Positions 8,159 to 17,206 of a stretch of DNA of 64,000 nt are shown piece by piece. How positions within the stretch are numbered: the stretch's first letter is position 1; each line of letters begins with the position of its first letter. The stretch comes from a virus (taxonomy: Duplodnaviria; Caudoviricetes). The notes under the pieces were generated by a model. The model did no database searches and was not told the DNA's origin. It saw only the letters and a program-made list of their open reading frames with translations. The stretch covers positions 1 through 64,000 of the IMG/VR virus record IMGVR_UViG_3300008114_000194; one strand, written 5' to 3'. Made by a program: the position numbers and the translations under genes.

Positions 8159-9256
8159 ATGCGTAAACCTGCAGCTCTTGTGCTGGTGGCGGCTCTGGCT
8201 TTGACTCCACTACAGTCATATTCACAGTCGTCCACCTTGCAAATGCTAAAACCCAGCCCAATAGGCATAGCATTGTCAGTGGGACAGTGGTTGTTGAAAG
8301 ATCGTAAAAAGGTCTACTTCATCCGTGTGCAAGGCGAAGGCTATTCCTACGAAGCGGCCAAGCAACAGGCCTTTGCCACCGCAGTTGATCGTGCCGTGGG
8401 TGCCGTGGTTCTAAGCGAAACCGAAGTGCGCAATAACATGGTTATTCGCAATGAAATTATCAAGTACAGTGCGGGTTTCATTGACGACTTCAAGGTAACC
8501 AAAGAAGAAACGGTTGGCAATATCTATAGGCTAGAATTGGATGTCTGGGTCAGTGACAGCCGTATCGCGGACAGATTATTGGCAGGATCCCGACAAGAAG
8601 GTCGCATCGATGGCAACAGGCACGCCGCGCAGTTGGAAAGCCTACAGCAACATTTTTCTTCAGGCGATCGGCAACTGCAGGCTGTGTTGCGTGACTTTCC
8701 GCGCCGTAGTTTTGTGACCAAAGCCGGTAGGAGCAATCTCCAGGTGCGCCCAGATCGCACCGCTTTGCTCACTGTGAATTTCATGGTGTACTGGGACGCC
8801 AAATATCTTGATGCGCTCAGCGAATCTCTGCAGAATCTCAATCCCAAGATGCCGGCCTGCGGAGTACACAGTTCAGGCGCTATCATTCCTTTGGAATCCA
8901 ACAAGATCATGGTCAGGATCAAGAAAGATCCTACCGGTTGGGGTTTTGGCAACAACAACTGCTACCATTACAACGATCGCAGTTGGTACAATCAAGTAGA
9001 GCGTACTCTGGGTCAACGACTGCTATTGCTGGGCAAGTTCTACACCCAGGATAAAACATTGTTACAGTCCGGATGTTTTGATGTGGATCTGTCAGGGATG
9101 AATGCTGTGGGATTCAATCTTATTGATATCAAAGGCAATGAGTTTTGGGAAGGCACAGTTGGCATTCCGGTTTCGGCCAATACTGTGAAATTCTTCAACA
9201 GCGTGGAATTTGAAGTGGTCACAGATCGTAATCTTTGTAACGCCCGATCTTTATAG
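8159..9256 (+). CDS. Exported protein, partner of the upstream lipoprotein
   Basis: Signal peptide; GEGYSYEAAKQQAFATAVDRAVG segment resembles LPP20/FlgT-N-like folds. Confidence 0.65.
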   Translation: MRKPAALVLVAALALTPLQSYSQSSTLQMLKPSPIGIALSVGQWLLKDRKKVYFIRVQGEGYSYEAAKQQAFATAVDRAVGAVVLSETEVRNNMVIRNEIIKYSAGFIDDFKVTKEETVGNIYRLELDVWVSDSRIADRLLAGSRQEGRIDGNRHAAQLESLQQHFSSGDRQLQAVLRDFPRRSFVTKAGRSNLQVRPDRTALLTVNFMVYWDAKYLDALSESLQNLNPKMPACGVHSSGAIIPLESNKIMVRIKKDPTGWGFGNNNCYHYNDRSWYNQVERTLGQRLLLLGKFYTQDKTLLQSGCFDVDLSGMNAVGFNLIDIKGNEFWEGTVGIPVSANTVKFFNSVEFEVVTDRNLCNARSL

Positions 9257-9277
9257 GTTTACCTCCTAGCAGTGCTT

Positions 9278-9309
9278 GGCCCCGGTATTGGTATATCGGG
9301 GCCTTTTTT
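9278..9309 (+). terminator. Intrinsic terminator
   Basis: GGCCCCG...CGGGGCC followed by TTTTTT. Confidence 0.65.
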
Positions 9310-9359
9310 ATTGGCCAAGGCGTATTGCATTAAGTAATAAACTGCCGTACAATAATAAC

Positions 9360-10016
9360 ATGAGCACACAAGATACCGAAGATTTAGACAAAAGTCACAG
9401 CCAATCGTTGATGGACGCTGGAATGTATGTGTTCATGGATGCAGTTTCTGCTGAATCCATGAAGCCTATCATTGAGTGGATCCTGTACGAAAATCATCTG
9501 GCCAAGATCAAGAAAAAGGAACTGTTGCTCATGATCTGCAGTGGTGGTGGTGACATTTCCGAAGCATTTGCCTTGATCGATGTAATGAATTCCAGCACCG
9601 TGCCCATCAAGACTGTGGGCCTGGGTTGCATAGCCAGCTGTGGCCTATTGATATTCATGGCAGGTACCAAAGGCCGTAGGATACTCACTCCCAATACCTC
9701 AATCCTGAGCCATCAGTTTTCTTGGCAAACCGAAGGCAAGGCCCACGAGTTATTTGCCACGGTCAAGGAATTCAAACTCACTGAACAACGCATGATCGAA
9801 CACTATCGTCGTTGCACCGGCGCTTCGGATGCCAACATACGCAAGTACCTGTTGCCCAGCCAAGATGTTTGGTTGTCTGCCGACGAAGCCATGAAACTAA
9901 ACATCTGCGATCACATTGGCGGCAACTATCAAGAATTTTCTGAAAAAAGCAAATCCGGCAAACTGCCCAAGATCCCCAAAATAGTTAAAGATACTCCCAC
10001 TAACTCAGACCGATAA
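9360..10016 (+). CDS. Divergent ClpP-family (S14) protease
   Basis: [15 protein letters not shown] (Ser), ILSHQ (His), DVWLSADEA (Asp); start moved to ATG 9360. Confidence 0.85.
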   Translation: MSTQDTEDLDKSHSQSLMDAGMYVFMDAVSAESMKPIIEWILYENHLAKIKKKELLLMICSGGGDISEAFALIDVMNSSTVPIKTVGLGCIASCGLLIFMAGTKGRRILTPNTSILSHQFSWQTEGKAHELFATVKEFKLTEQRMIEHYRRCTGASDANIRKYLLPSQDVWLSADEAMKLNICDHIGGNYQEFSEKSKSGKLPKIPKIVKDTPTNSDR

Positions 10017-10024
10017 AGGAAATC

Positions 10025-10615
10025 ATGCCTAATCTAGTACCCATCGTCTTGGAACAGACTTCCAAAGGTGAACGCAGTTATGACATCTACAGTCGCTTGC
10101 TCAAGGACCGCATCATCATGCTGGACACCGAAGTCAGCCAACACTCGGCCAGTTTGATAGTGGCACAACTGTTGTTTTTGGAATCAGAAGATCCCGACAA
10201 AGACATACAGTTCTATATCAACTCACCCGGCGGTTCAGTCACAGCAGGCATGAGCATATACGATACCATGCAGTTTATCAAGTGTGATGTCAGCACCATT
10301 GTCTTGGGTCAGGCCGCCAGCATGGGATCTTTATTGGCCGCTGCCGGCAGTGCCGGAAAACGCTATATTCTGCCCAATGCTCGTCATATGATACATCAGC
10401 CCTTGGGAGGTGCCTCGGGACAGGCCACAGACGTGGAGATCCAGGCGCGAGAACTCTTGCGCTGGAAAGAAGTCTTGATCAACATCTATGTTCAGCACAC
10501 GGGCCGTGATTATGAAACCTTGCGCCACGACATGGAAAGAGACAACTTCATGACTGCAGATCAGGCTCTGCAGTATGGTTTGGTGGACAAGATTGTGACA
10601 CAACGAGACCTATGA
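10025..10615 (+). CDS. clpP: ATP-dependent Clp protease proteolytic subunit
   Basis: [38 protein letters not shown]. Confidence 0.95.
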   Translation: MPNLVPIVLEQTSKGERSYDIYSRLLKDRIIMLDTEVSQHSASLIVAQLLFLESEDPDKDIQFYINSPGGSVTAGMSIYDTMQFIKCDVSTIVLGQAASMGSLLAAAGSAGKRYILPNARHMIHQPLGGASGQATDVEIQARELLRWKEVLINIYVQHTGRDYETLRHDMERDNFMTADQALQYGLVDKIVTQRDL

Positions 10616-10902
10616 GCAATCTGCATGATACCATCGTAGATGTGGGCGCAGGTAATTCAATTTATCTGCTACAATTGTTGGATTTAGAATCGGGACTGCA
10701 TAGAGATATCTTGCGCTGGTTTGCACAGCAGGATGTGGCCCTTGAATCCATAGAATGGCCACACGGGCAACTGTACAGTGTTAAATTCTCTTCTGCAGAA
10801 GATCCTCGTATACAACAGTGGACCGACTCTTGGGAAAATGCCGATGGTTCCAGCAGGAATCATGATGCTTACCGCATGATCCAGGTCAACGTAACTGATT
10901 AA
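10612..10902 (+). CDS. Hypothetical protein
   Basis: ATGA-coupled to clpP. Confidence 0.6.
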   Translation: MSNLHDTIVDVGAGNSIYLLQLLDLESGLHRDILRWFAQQDVALESIEWPHGQLYSVKFSSAEDPRIQQWTDSWENADGSSRNHDAYRMIQVNVTD

Positions 10903-12326
10903 TAAACTATCATGAATCCCGGCAGATTATTGCCGGGTATGTGGCTTGGTGCGTGGTACTGGAATTTGAACTTGAGATCACTAAATGGTTTGGCAGTAAT
11001 CTCTAATCCACCTTGATTGTTTAAATCTATCTTGCCAAGATAGGTAGGACTCTTGGTCACAATATTGGTCATCATCTCACTGTACTTCTCATTATCGGGG
11101 CCTTGTGTTACTGCATTCAGTAAGCCTACACCCAAAGAATAAGTGATGATGTCGGCGGCACCTTTGGCGGGCTTGGCGGTATAGCTGGGATATCCAGCAG
11201 TCTTGGCCGCAGGTTTTTCTTTCTTTAATCCCATGTAATAGTTTCCGTCGGCTGGCAGTCCTGTGGGTTTATCCCAATTGCCAGCTGTCATCATTGGATA
11301 AAAAGTTTTCAAGAAGTCACCGTATTTCATAACATCATCGCCTGACCCGATTACACTTTCGACTTTATCTTTGAGATCACTGTAAGAATCAATATCTTTG
11401 ACTCCTAATATCTGTAATAGTTTTTGGTATTCGGGAGTATTGATAAATCTAGCGCCGCGTATGAGTTTGTCAACATTGATGCCGCCAGATGATGGGTGGA
11501 ATGCTTTGAATAATTGAAACAACTGTTGTTTTTCTTGATCGTCGATGATAGAGTTTTCATAGCGATCCATGAGATCCACAATGCTGGCAAAACTAGTGCC
11601 CGATCCTGTAAGACTTTTTACACTATAACCTCGATCGCCCACATATACATCAATGAGTTTGGCATTGCCCTCCGAAGGAAATTCTGCTGTATCGTTGGCA
11701 TCCATGAGCATGATTGGTGCCAATACTTCGCCAAAATCTACACCTATCTGGGCTCGGCTGCGAGCACTGAGTTTATCATTGAGTTCTGGAGGTAAAGTAC
11801 TGATAGTGCCAATGGCCACTTGTAACAAAGACAACAATACCTGCTGTAGGTCTGGACGATCGGTAAACTTGGTTTGAACAGCATTTCTCACAGCCGCTAT
11901 CAACTGGTCTCGGTTATATTTTTTTCCGGCAATGCCTAATGCTGCCGGAGTCAATTCCTTGATGCTGACATTTATTTTGTTGGCGTCGTCGGTGGGAGAT
12001 CTTCCACTGCTGGCCACCACTATGGTATAAATCGCACCATCTGCTTCGTAACTCAGCATACTTTTTTGATATTTGCCGGTTACTCCAAGTTGCTCTTGAG
12101 TTAAAGGTAAACTTTCCAAACCCACACGATTTTTAAAGAAATCTGTTATTTGGTTGATATCAGATCTAAGTATACGCAGGTAGTGAACAGGGCTAGTAGC
12201 CTTTTTCTCCACTTTGATATCGGCTTGGGGAAAATGCCGCCGGAGCTCATTGGCCAAATGCTGGCTTTGCGCCCGGGTTGCATATGCTTTTTTTGGCATA
12301 TTTTGGTCTAGTTCATTGATTAACAT
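10899..12326 (-). CDS. Putative PD-(D/E)xK restriction-like endonuclease
   Basis: DFGEVLAPI...FPSEGNAKLIDVYVGDRGYSVKS (D...SxK). AT-richer than flanks, divergent from a DNA methyltransferase, with CTAAATA upstream. Confidence 0.5.
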   Translation of the reverse strand: MLINELDQNMPKKAYATRAQSQHLANELRRHFPQADIKVEKKATSPVHYLRILRSDINQITDFFKNRVGLESLPLTQEQLGVTGKYQKSMLSYEADGAIYTIVVASSGRSPTDDANKINVSIKELTPAALGIAGKKYNRDQLIAAVRNAVQTKFTDRPDLQQVLLSLLQVAIGTISTLPPELNDKLSARSRAQIGVDFGEVLAPIMLMDANDTAEFPSEGNAKLIDVYVGDRGYSVKSLTGSGTSFASIVDLMDRYENSIIDDQEKQQLFQLFKAFHPSSGGINVDKLIRGARFINTPEYQKLLQILGVKDIDSYSDLKDKVESVIGSGDDVMKYGDFLKTFYPMMTAGNWDKPTGLPADGNYYMGLKKEKPAAKTAGYPSYTAKPAKGAADIITYSLGVGLLNAVTQGPDNEKYSEMMTNIVTKSPTYLGKIDLNNQGGLEITAKPFSDLKFKFQYHAPSHIPGNNLPGFMIVY

Positions 12327-12336
12327 TTGGAAATAC

Positions 12337-12365
12337 TTGACTGAGATAGATATTTAGCATATAAT
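12337..12365 (+). promoter_or_regulatory. Overlapping divergent promoters: early sigma70 (+) and late TAAATA (-)
   Basis: TTGACT(12337)-17-TATAAT(12360) lies 6 nt before the MTase ATG (leaderless or near-leaderless). Minus-strand CTAAATA at 12351-12357 lies inside the spacer. Confidence 0.7.
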
Positions 12366-12371
12366 AATACT

Positions 12372-13304
12372 ATGAATACCAATACAATTCTTGACCATTT
12401 TACACTCATTAACCAAGACTGTACTGTAGCTGCTGACCAAATTGCCAATGGTTCGGTAGATCTGCTGTTGACAGATCCACCTTACAACATCAGTGATGGT
12501 GGCGCCAAACCCGAGTGGATTGATCCCGAAACTGGCCAAAACAAAAACACCATACACAGCCAGCGTTTCAGTGAAAGTTTTGAGCAGGACTGGGACAGCG
12601 TGAGCCACGAAGAATTCCTACAGCAAATGGAATCCTGGGCCGGTGTATGGCACAGCAAACTACGCAAGGGCGGAGCCTTTGCTGTGTTCATTTCTGATCA
12701 GTATATTTCATATCTTTGGAAGATCATGGAAGCACAGGGATTTGAACCCAAGCGAGTGTGGACTTGGAAAAAGCCCGCTGCAGTTCCTTTCAATCGTCGA
12801 GTGAATCCTGTTAGTGCCTGTGAGTATGTGCTGTTTGGTATCAAGCCCGGCGGCACCAGAACCTTCAATGCCGATGCCGAAGAACACAGTATCGTTGAGC
12901 GTTATGCCAGAGCCGACAAAGTCGCTAGCATAGTGTATAAACTGATCAAAGACCATCCCACCTATGCCTTGTCGCAGATCATGGCCATGGCCGAAGAGCA
13001 GGCACAGACCATGTTAGACAGCCGCAAACGCAAAGATGACATAGTGGAGTGTGTGATACCCAATACCTTGACTTACAGCGGTGGACTGGGGCGAGACAAG
13101 ATACATCCTACACAAAAGCCCACAGAAATATTGGAATACTTTGTGGCCTTGCTGAGTCGCCCCGGTGACACAGTGCTAGATACCTTTGCTGGATCGGGAT
13201 CCACTGGTGTGGCCGCACACAATCAAGGACGCAGGTCTATATTGATCGAGCGTGATACAAAGATGTTTGCCGCAATGGCGCAAAGAATCGCTAGTTTACG
13301 CTAG
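12372..13304 (+). CDS. DNA N6-adenine/N4-cytosine methyltransferase, beta class
   Basis: LLLTDPPY near the N-terminus, HPTQKP, VLDTFAGSGSTG near the C-terminus. Confidence 0.92.
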   Translation: MNTNTILDHFTLINQDCTVAADQIANGSVDLLLTDPPYNISDGGAKPEWIDPETGQNKNTIHSQRFSESFEQDWDSVSHEEFLQQMESWAGVWHSKLRKGGAFAVFISDQYISYLWKIMEAQGFEPKRVWTWKKPAAVPFNRRVNPVSACEYVLFGIKPGGTRTFNADAEEHSIVERYARADKVASIVYKLIKDHPTYALSQIMAMAEEQAQTMLDSRKRKDDIVECVIPNTLTYSGGLGRDKIHPTQKPTEILEYFVALLSRPGDTVLDTFAGSGSTGVAAHNQGRRSILIERDTKMFAAMAQRIASLR

Positions 13305-13322
13305 GTTAGTAGGCACTAACCT
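13301..13322. repeat. Palindromic element CTAGGTTAGT-N4-ACTAACCT (copy 1)
   Basis: Inverted repeat between the MTase stop and the TTGACC promoter; second copy at 21233-21256. Confidence 0.75.
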
Positions 13323-13326
13323 GCGG

Positions 13327-13356
13327 TTGACCTATAATTCCCAGATATGCTAATAT
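13327..13356 (+). promoter_or_regulatory. Early promoter cassette variant
   Basis: TTGACC-18-TAATAT. Confidence 0.6.
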
Positions 13357-13362
13357 ATGTGT

Positions 13363-13848
13363 ATGGACAGTAAAAATCTACACTACTATTTTGCCTATGG
13401 CATGAACACCAATCCTGGTGCCATGAGCGAACGACTCAGCGCCGACGGTGTTGCTCGTAGTCTGGGCGCCGCGCATCTGCAGGAATGGCGTTTTCGTTTT
13501 GCTGTCCACGCCGATGTTGTGCCCACTCACAATCAGTCGGTGGCTGGTGTGCTGTGGCAGATCACCGATGAACATCTGGCCAGATTGGATGTTCGAGAAG
13601 GCTATCCACACTACTATACCCGACAGGTGTTGCCCGTGGTGTGTCACGGCGAAACATATCACGCCGTGGTGTATCATATGACGCCTGGCCAATTGGATTT
13701 TCCGCCCGACGAAGGCTACTGGACTATGCTGGAAGAAGGCTATGATCATTTTGGCGTGAGCAAGGCACAGATGTATCGTGCTCTAAATGACAGCCATCAA
13801 TGCCTGTTGACCGAATATTCAGAATCCCGTATACTCAATACACTATGA
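13363..13848 (+). CDS. Gamma-glutamylcyclotransferase (AIG2-like) family
   Basis: YFAYGMN, GVLWQI, LDVREGYP..Y motifs. Confidence 0.85.
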   Translation: MDSKNLHYYFAYGMNTNPGAMSERLSADGVARSLGAAHLQEWRFRFAVHADVVPTHNQSVAGVLWQITDEHLARLDVREGYPHYYTRQVLPVVCHGETYHAVVYHMTPGQLDFPPDEGYWTMLEEGYDHFGVSKAQMYRALNDSHQCLLTEYSESRILNTL

Positions 13849-14219
13849 AAATACCTTCAGTTGACAGTGTGGTTCGTGTGACGCTACGCGACCGTATGGC
13901 CGCGTCCATGATCCCACCCAGGGCCGGTGTTCAGGTATTTGAAGGCCGCGTGGTCAAATCACACAAGTGGCTGACCGACAGGGAATTCTGCATTACCGGT
14001 GACGCTGACTTTCCCATACGGGTTATCAATGCCTCGGCCATCGCTGATCTGGAAATCATCTCGGGGTCAGTGACCACAATTGACACAGATGTCAAGACCT
14101 GGACAGTTTCAGGTAGCAAGGGCAACGAATACACTGTGAGCCGTTGGCCTGGTGGCTGGTCTTGTACCTGCCCAGGTTTCCAGTTTAGAAAATCTTGTAA
14201 GCATACCACAAATTCTTAA
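13845..14219 (+). CDS. SWIM zinc-finger protein
   Basis: VSGSKGNEYTV...WSCTCPGFQFRKSCKH. Confidence 0.8.
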   Translation: MKIPSVDSVVRVTLRDRMAASMIPPRAGVQVFEGRVVKSHKWLTDREFCITGDADFPIRVINASAIADLEIISGSVTTIDTDVKTWTVSGSKGNEYTVSRWPGGWSCTCPGFQFRKSCKHTTNS

Positions 14220-14231
14220 CCCAAGGAGGCA

Positions 14232-14327
14232 ATGATGATTCATCGCAAAGAATGGTTACACTATTTGGTCTGGCGTGTTAAAAAATGGTGGCGCGAGCGC
14301 AGTGCTACTAGGTTTTCCCAAGGTTGA
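14232..14327 (+). CDS. Small basic peptide
   Basis: AAGGAGG RBS; 31 aa. Confidence 0.4.
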   Translation: MMIHRKEWLHYLVWRVKKWWRERSATRFSQG

Positions 14328-14352
14328 CCAAAAAATCCCTTTTTGCTATAAT
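14324..14352 (+). promoter_or_regulatory. Phage early promoter, repeated cassette
   Basis: TTGACC-17-TATAAT. Confidence 0.85.
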
Positions 14353-14381
14353 ATGTGTATTGTAAATGAAAAGGAGCAGAT

Positions 14382-14714
14382 ATGACAACTACTATTAGTC
14401 TTGAAGCCATAGAAGAAATACATTTTGAAGCCACTCTGGCCGCCGAGCAGGCCGCGGCCCGGTTCTTCCAGGAAAAACTAGGCGGCCGGGATCAGATGGC
14501 CTGTGGCTTTGCCTGGGTCACGGTGTTTGAAAAGGCCAGCACCAAACTGGGCCGACGCCTCAAAGAAGTGGGCTTCCGCCGGGCCTACGATGGCGGGCTC
14601 CAACTTTGGAATCCATCAAAGTTTGGGTGCCAGAATGTGGACACCCTGGAGGCTGGTGCTGAAGCCTATGCCGAAGTGCTGAAACGGTATGGCATTGAAG
14701 CTTATGCTGGATCT
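14382..14714 (+). CDS. Hypothetical phage protein, 3' end apparently deleted
   Basis: AAGGAG RBS; CGFAWV...LWNPS...QNVDTLEAGAEAYA...GIEAYAGS. From recall, this family normally ends a few residues later. Confidence 0.65.
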
Positions 14715-14838
14715 ACAACAACGATACAGTCTTTATCGCGGCCTCCGGAGTATGGGGGTCAAGGACACCATCGTGCGAGACTTGCTGGAATCGGAACTGG
14801 AACGCCGTCGGATCGGCGGCACAAAGGAGATCATATGA
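14710..14838 (+). pseudogene. Headless 3' remnant of a small gene
   Basis: Frame DLQQRYSLYRGLRSMGVKDTIVRDLLESELERRRIGGTKEII* ends in an ATGA overlap; junction at GATCT. Confidence 0.45.
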
Positions 14839-14987
14839 GAACCATGAACGATGTGATTGAAGAACTGATCCATCTCTGCGAAGTGCGCGGAGAACTGGAT
14901 CTGGAAGCCAACGCAAGGAATGAACGGCGGATCGCTGAACTCAACCAAGAGTATCTGCAACTGCAGGCCTTAGAGGAACAGCAATGA
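14835..14987 (+). CDS. Small hypothetical protein (50 aa)
   Basis: AAGGAGA RBS; MRTMNDVIEELI... Confidence 0.65.
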   Translation: MRTMNDVIEELIHLCEVRGELDLEANARNERRIAELNQEYLQLQALEEQQ

Positions 14988-15052
14988 AATTGTTTATCGT
15001 TGCTTTGTCAGTGAGCCTGCTGTCGGGCTGTATGAGTTTCCACTTGTTTTAA
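14984..15052 (+). CDS. Very short or truncated lipoprotein
   Basis: MKLFIVALSVSLLSGC lipobox followed by only 6 residues. Confidence 0.35.
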   Translation: MKLFIVALSVSLLSGCMSFHLF

Positions 15053-15070
15053 TAATCCAAAAGAACAGTT

Positions 15071-15334
15071 ATGAACAGACTTGAAATCTTGGAAGAAGTG
15101 TATGGCCGATGCGACTGGTCAGAATCGGCCCTGATGAATCTCCTGCGGGTGATGGAACTTACCCGGCAAGATGAGCAGATCCATCAGATGCGTAACATGG
15201 AAGAGCATCAGCGGTTCTTGGTGGAGCAGATTGTCAATCTCTTGATGATCCAGCACGAAGCCGCGGCCGGCAGACATAACTACTGGCAAGTGGCCGCTAA
15301 CTTGATCCAAGCCGAATATGGAGTGAAGGAATGA
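15071..15334 (+). CDS. Hypothetical protein
   Basis: Part of a coupled ORF chain. Confidence 0.55.
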   Translation: MNRLEILEEVYGRCDWSESALMNLLRVMELTRQDEQIHQMRNMEEHQRFLVEQIVNLLMIQHEAAAGRHNYWQVAANLIQAEYGVKE

Positions 15335-15564
15335 ACGAACGAATTCGAGAACTTAAAGATAAAATCTGGACAGAAGAATATTGGTCTAATCCCAACACAG
15401 ATAAACTTTTGCCAGCACAATTGAATAGGTTCGCCCAGTTGATCGTGGCTGAATGTTTAGAGGCTTGTAGCAGAGCAAATGACATTAGGCATTTTGTACC
15501 ACCTACACAAGAACAAGTAGTATTGAGTTGTATGCGTGAAATTGAAACAACATTTCGGAATTGA
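15331..15564 (+). CDS. Hypothetical phage protein
   Basis: MNERIREL...RFAQLIVAEC motif common in small phage ORFs. Confidence 0.7.
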   Translation: MNERIRELKDKIWTEEYWSNPNTDKLLPAQLNRFAQLIVAECLEACSRANDIRHFVPPTQEQVVLSCMREIETTFRN

Positions 15565-15567
15565 AGA

Positions 15568-15768
15568 ATGAGCGAACTCCAACCCAAGCCTGATGTCAAG
15601 ATCACCATTACCATTACTGATGCTGATCGCGAAGTGTTAGAACTTCTCCGTGAGCGCAGTGGTCGTTTGGATCAGACCGGCATCCTTGAGCACATCATGA
15701 ACGAATATTATCAACGTCTTGAATTGTATCAAGAATATCTGCGATTAAGTTCCAAGGAGCAATCATAA
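15568..15768 (+). CDS. Hypothetical protein
   Basis: Coupled ORF chain. Confidence 0.55.
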   Translation: MSELQPKPDVKITITITDADREVLELLRERSGRLDQTGILEHIMNEYYQRLELYQEYLRLSSKEQS

Positions 15769-16229
15769 TGTATTGCGATATCACACTGACTAAAGACGAA
15801 TTCAAAGTCATCCACAACACCCTTTGGGAATTGCAGTACCAGGGCCTCAATGGCGAAAAGGGCGCAGAGCGCATCCGTGAGGCGCTGAAATCTGCTTATC
15901 AGCAAGAGTCAGAGGCGTTCAATCGCAAGTGGAAACAATATGATCATTGGAAAGATCACTACGGGCTGACCAGCACCTGGAGCCTCTACGAAGTAGAAAA
16001 CATGACTTTGTGCCATCCCTTCAAGGATGCCGAGTATGTGGTCTATGACGAACATTGGGGCGACAGTGGTGAAGTGGTTAGCAAGATCGAAGGCCGAGAT
16101 TGGAACGCTCTGTATCGGGCCGCAGACGCGGTGATCCGTGATTCCGGCGATGGTCATCACTGCTTTATAGAATCTTTTTCGCCCATTGAGCACCGCCCGG
16201 GCTATTTGCGTTTAAGCACAGGCAGTTAG
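15768..16229 (+). CDS. Hypothetical phage protein
   Basis: AAGGAG RBS; W.ALY.AAD..IRDSGD.HH.FIE.F motif. Confidence 0.7.
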   Translation: MYCDITLTKDEFKVIHNTLWELQYQGLNGEKGAERIREALKSAYQQESEAFNRKWKQYDHWKDHYGLTSTWSLYEVENMTLCHPFKDAEYVVYDEHWGDSGEVVSKIEGRDWNALYRAADAVIRDSGDGHHCFIESFSPIEHRPGYLRLSTGS

Positions 16230-16275
16230 TACCCGGCCACGGGCTTAACATAAGTATGAATACAGGAGATAAGTT

Positions 16276-16497
16276 ATGGCGGGCAAGGGCTCTAAACCGC
16301 GTCCTAGTTCAGTGGATCAAATCACATTTGATCAGAATTGGGACAGGATTTTTGGCAAGAAAACCACCACCCAGTGGGATCACTACAGCGATCTACCATC
16401 TGTGGGAGCCTACGATATCCCTGTGCTGGAAAACGAAGAAATGTGGAGCCAGCGCATCATTGATGAATGCCGCAGTGATGGCGACAAAGGCTGTTGA
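16276..16497 (+). CDS. Hypothetical phage protein
   Basis: AGGAG RBS; MAGKGSKPRP...FDQNWDRIF. Confidence 0.7.
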   Translation: MAGKGSKPRPSSVDQITFDQNWDRIFGKKTTTQWDHYSDLPSVGAYDIPVLENEEMWSQRIIDECRSDGDKGC

Positions 16498-16658
16498 TGA
16501 CCTGGATATTTGTTATGTTTCTAAATGGTTGGACCATAGATGTGGACAGTTTTGTTATTCGGTCTATGTGTGAGGATAAGGTGCGACAATACAATGCCGC
16601 TGCTAGGCAATCGGATGGCCGATTCCTAGTCTGGTGTGAAGCGAGGCCCCGTGCATAA
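16497..16658 (+). CDS. Small hypothetical protein (53 aa)
   Basis: Manual translation MTWIFVMFLNG...; coupled on both sides. Confidence 0.55.
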   Translation: MTWIFVMFLNGWTIDVDSFVIRSMCEDKVRQYNAAARQSDGRFLVWCEARPRA

Positions 16659-17009
16659 ATGCAGATTTGGAATGATCTAACTCCAGTAGAAAAAACTCAG
16701 GTGCTATGGTCCTTGGTCATGGTACTTTGCGTGACCGTTTTAGTTCTGTATGCCATAGCAGCCAGTCGAGGCCATGACATTGATTATTTCAAAGAACGGT
16801 TGGGCCTGCAGGAACAGCGACTCAATTACATGGACCAAAAGATAGACAAGATAGCACAAGGACAGCACGAACAAAAAGAACATCTCAACGAAGTGCGCAG
16901 GATGAACGAAGCACAACAAAGACATATAGAAGAACAGCAGAAGTGGCTGGATTATTGGAAATCTTTGCCGCAACTGCCCAAACCCCCAGGTGGAGTTCCA
17001 CGGAGATAA
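16659..17009 (+). CDS. Membrane-anchored coiled-coil protein
   Basis: TM helix followed by Q/E-rich heptads. Confidence 0.65.
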   Translation: MQIWNDLTPVEKTQVLWSLVMVLCVTVLVLYAIAASRGHDIDYFKERLGLQEQRLNYMDQKIDKIAQGQHEQKEHLNEVRRMNEAQQRHIEEQQKWLDYWKSLPQLPKPPGGVPRR

Positions 17010-17011
17010 CC

Positions 17012-17206
17012 TTGTATCAATATGTAGGCAAAACAGTAGACTTTGAAGATGGCAAAAGCATCAGGATCCATCAGATCAAACAACGAGAAGAATGCCCTTG
17101 GGTGATATTTGAGATCAACGAAGGCGGCAATATCCCACGCAGACTAATCACCACGCTGTATGAATTCCAACAGAAATTTGGGAAACTTTTTGAAACCAGA
17201 ATCTGA
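17012..17206 (+). CDS. Hypothetical protein
   Basis: GGAG then TTG start at 17012, within ORF 16943-17206. Confidence 0.55.
   Translation: MYQYVGKTVDFEDGKSIRIHQIKQREECPWVIFEINEGGNIPRRLITTLYEFQQKFGKLFETRI

Noticed and set aside
14382-14987. The 201-aa ORF as one protein
   Set aside because: An internal strong RBS at 14835 and a better third-frame remnant indicate three genes joined by a deletion
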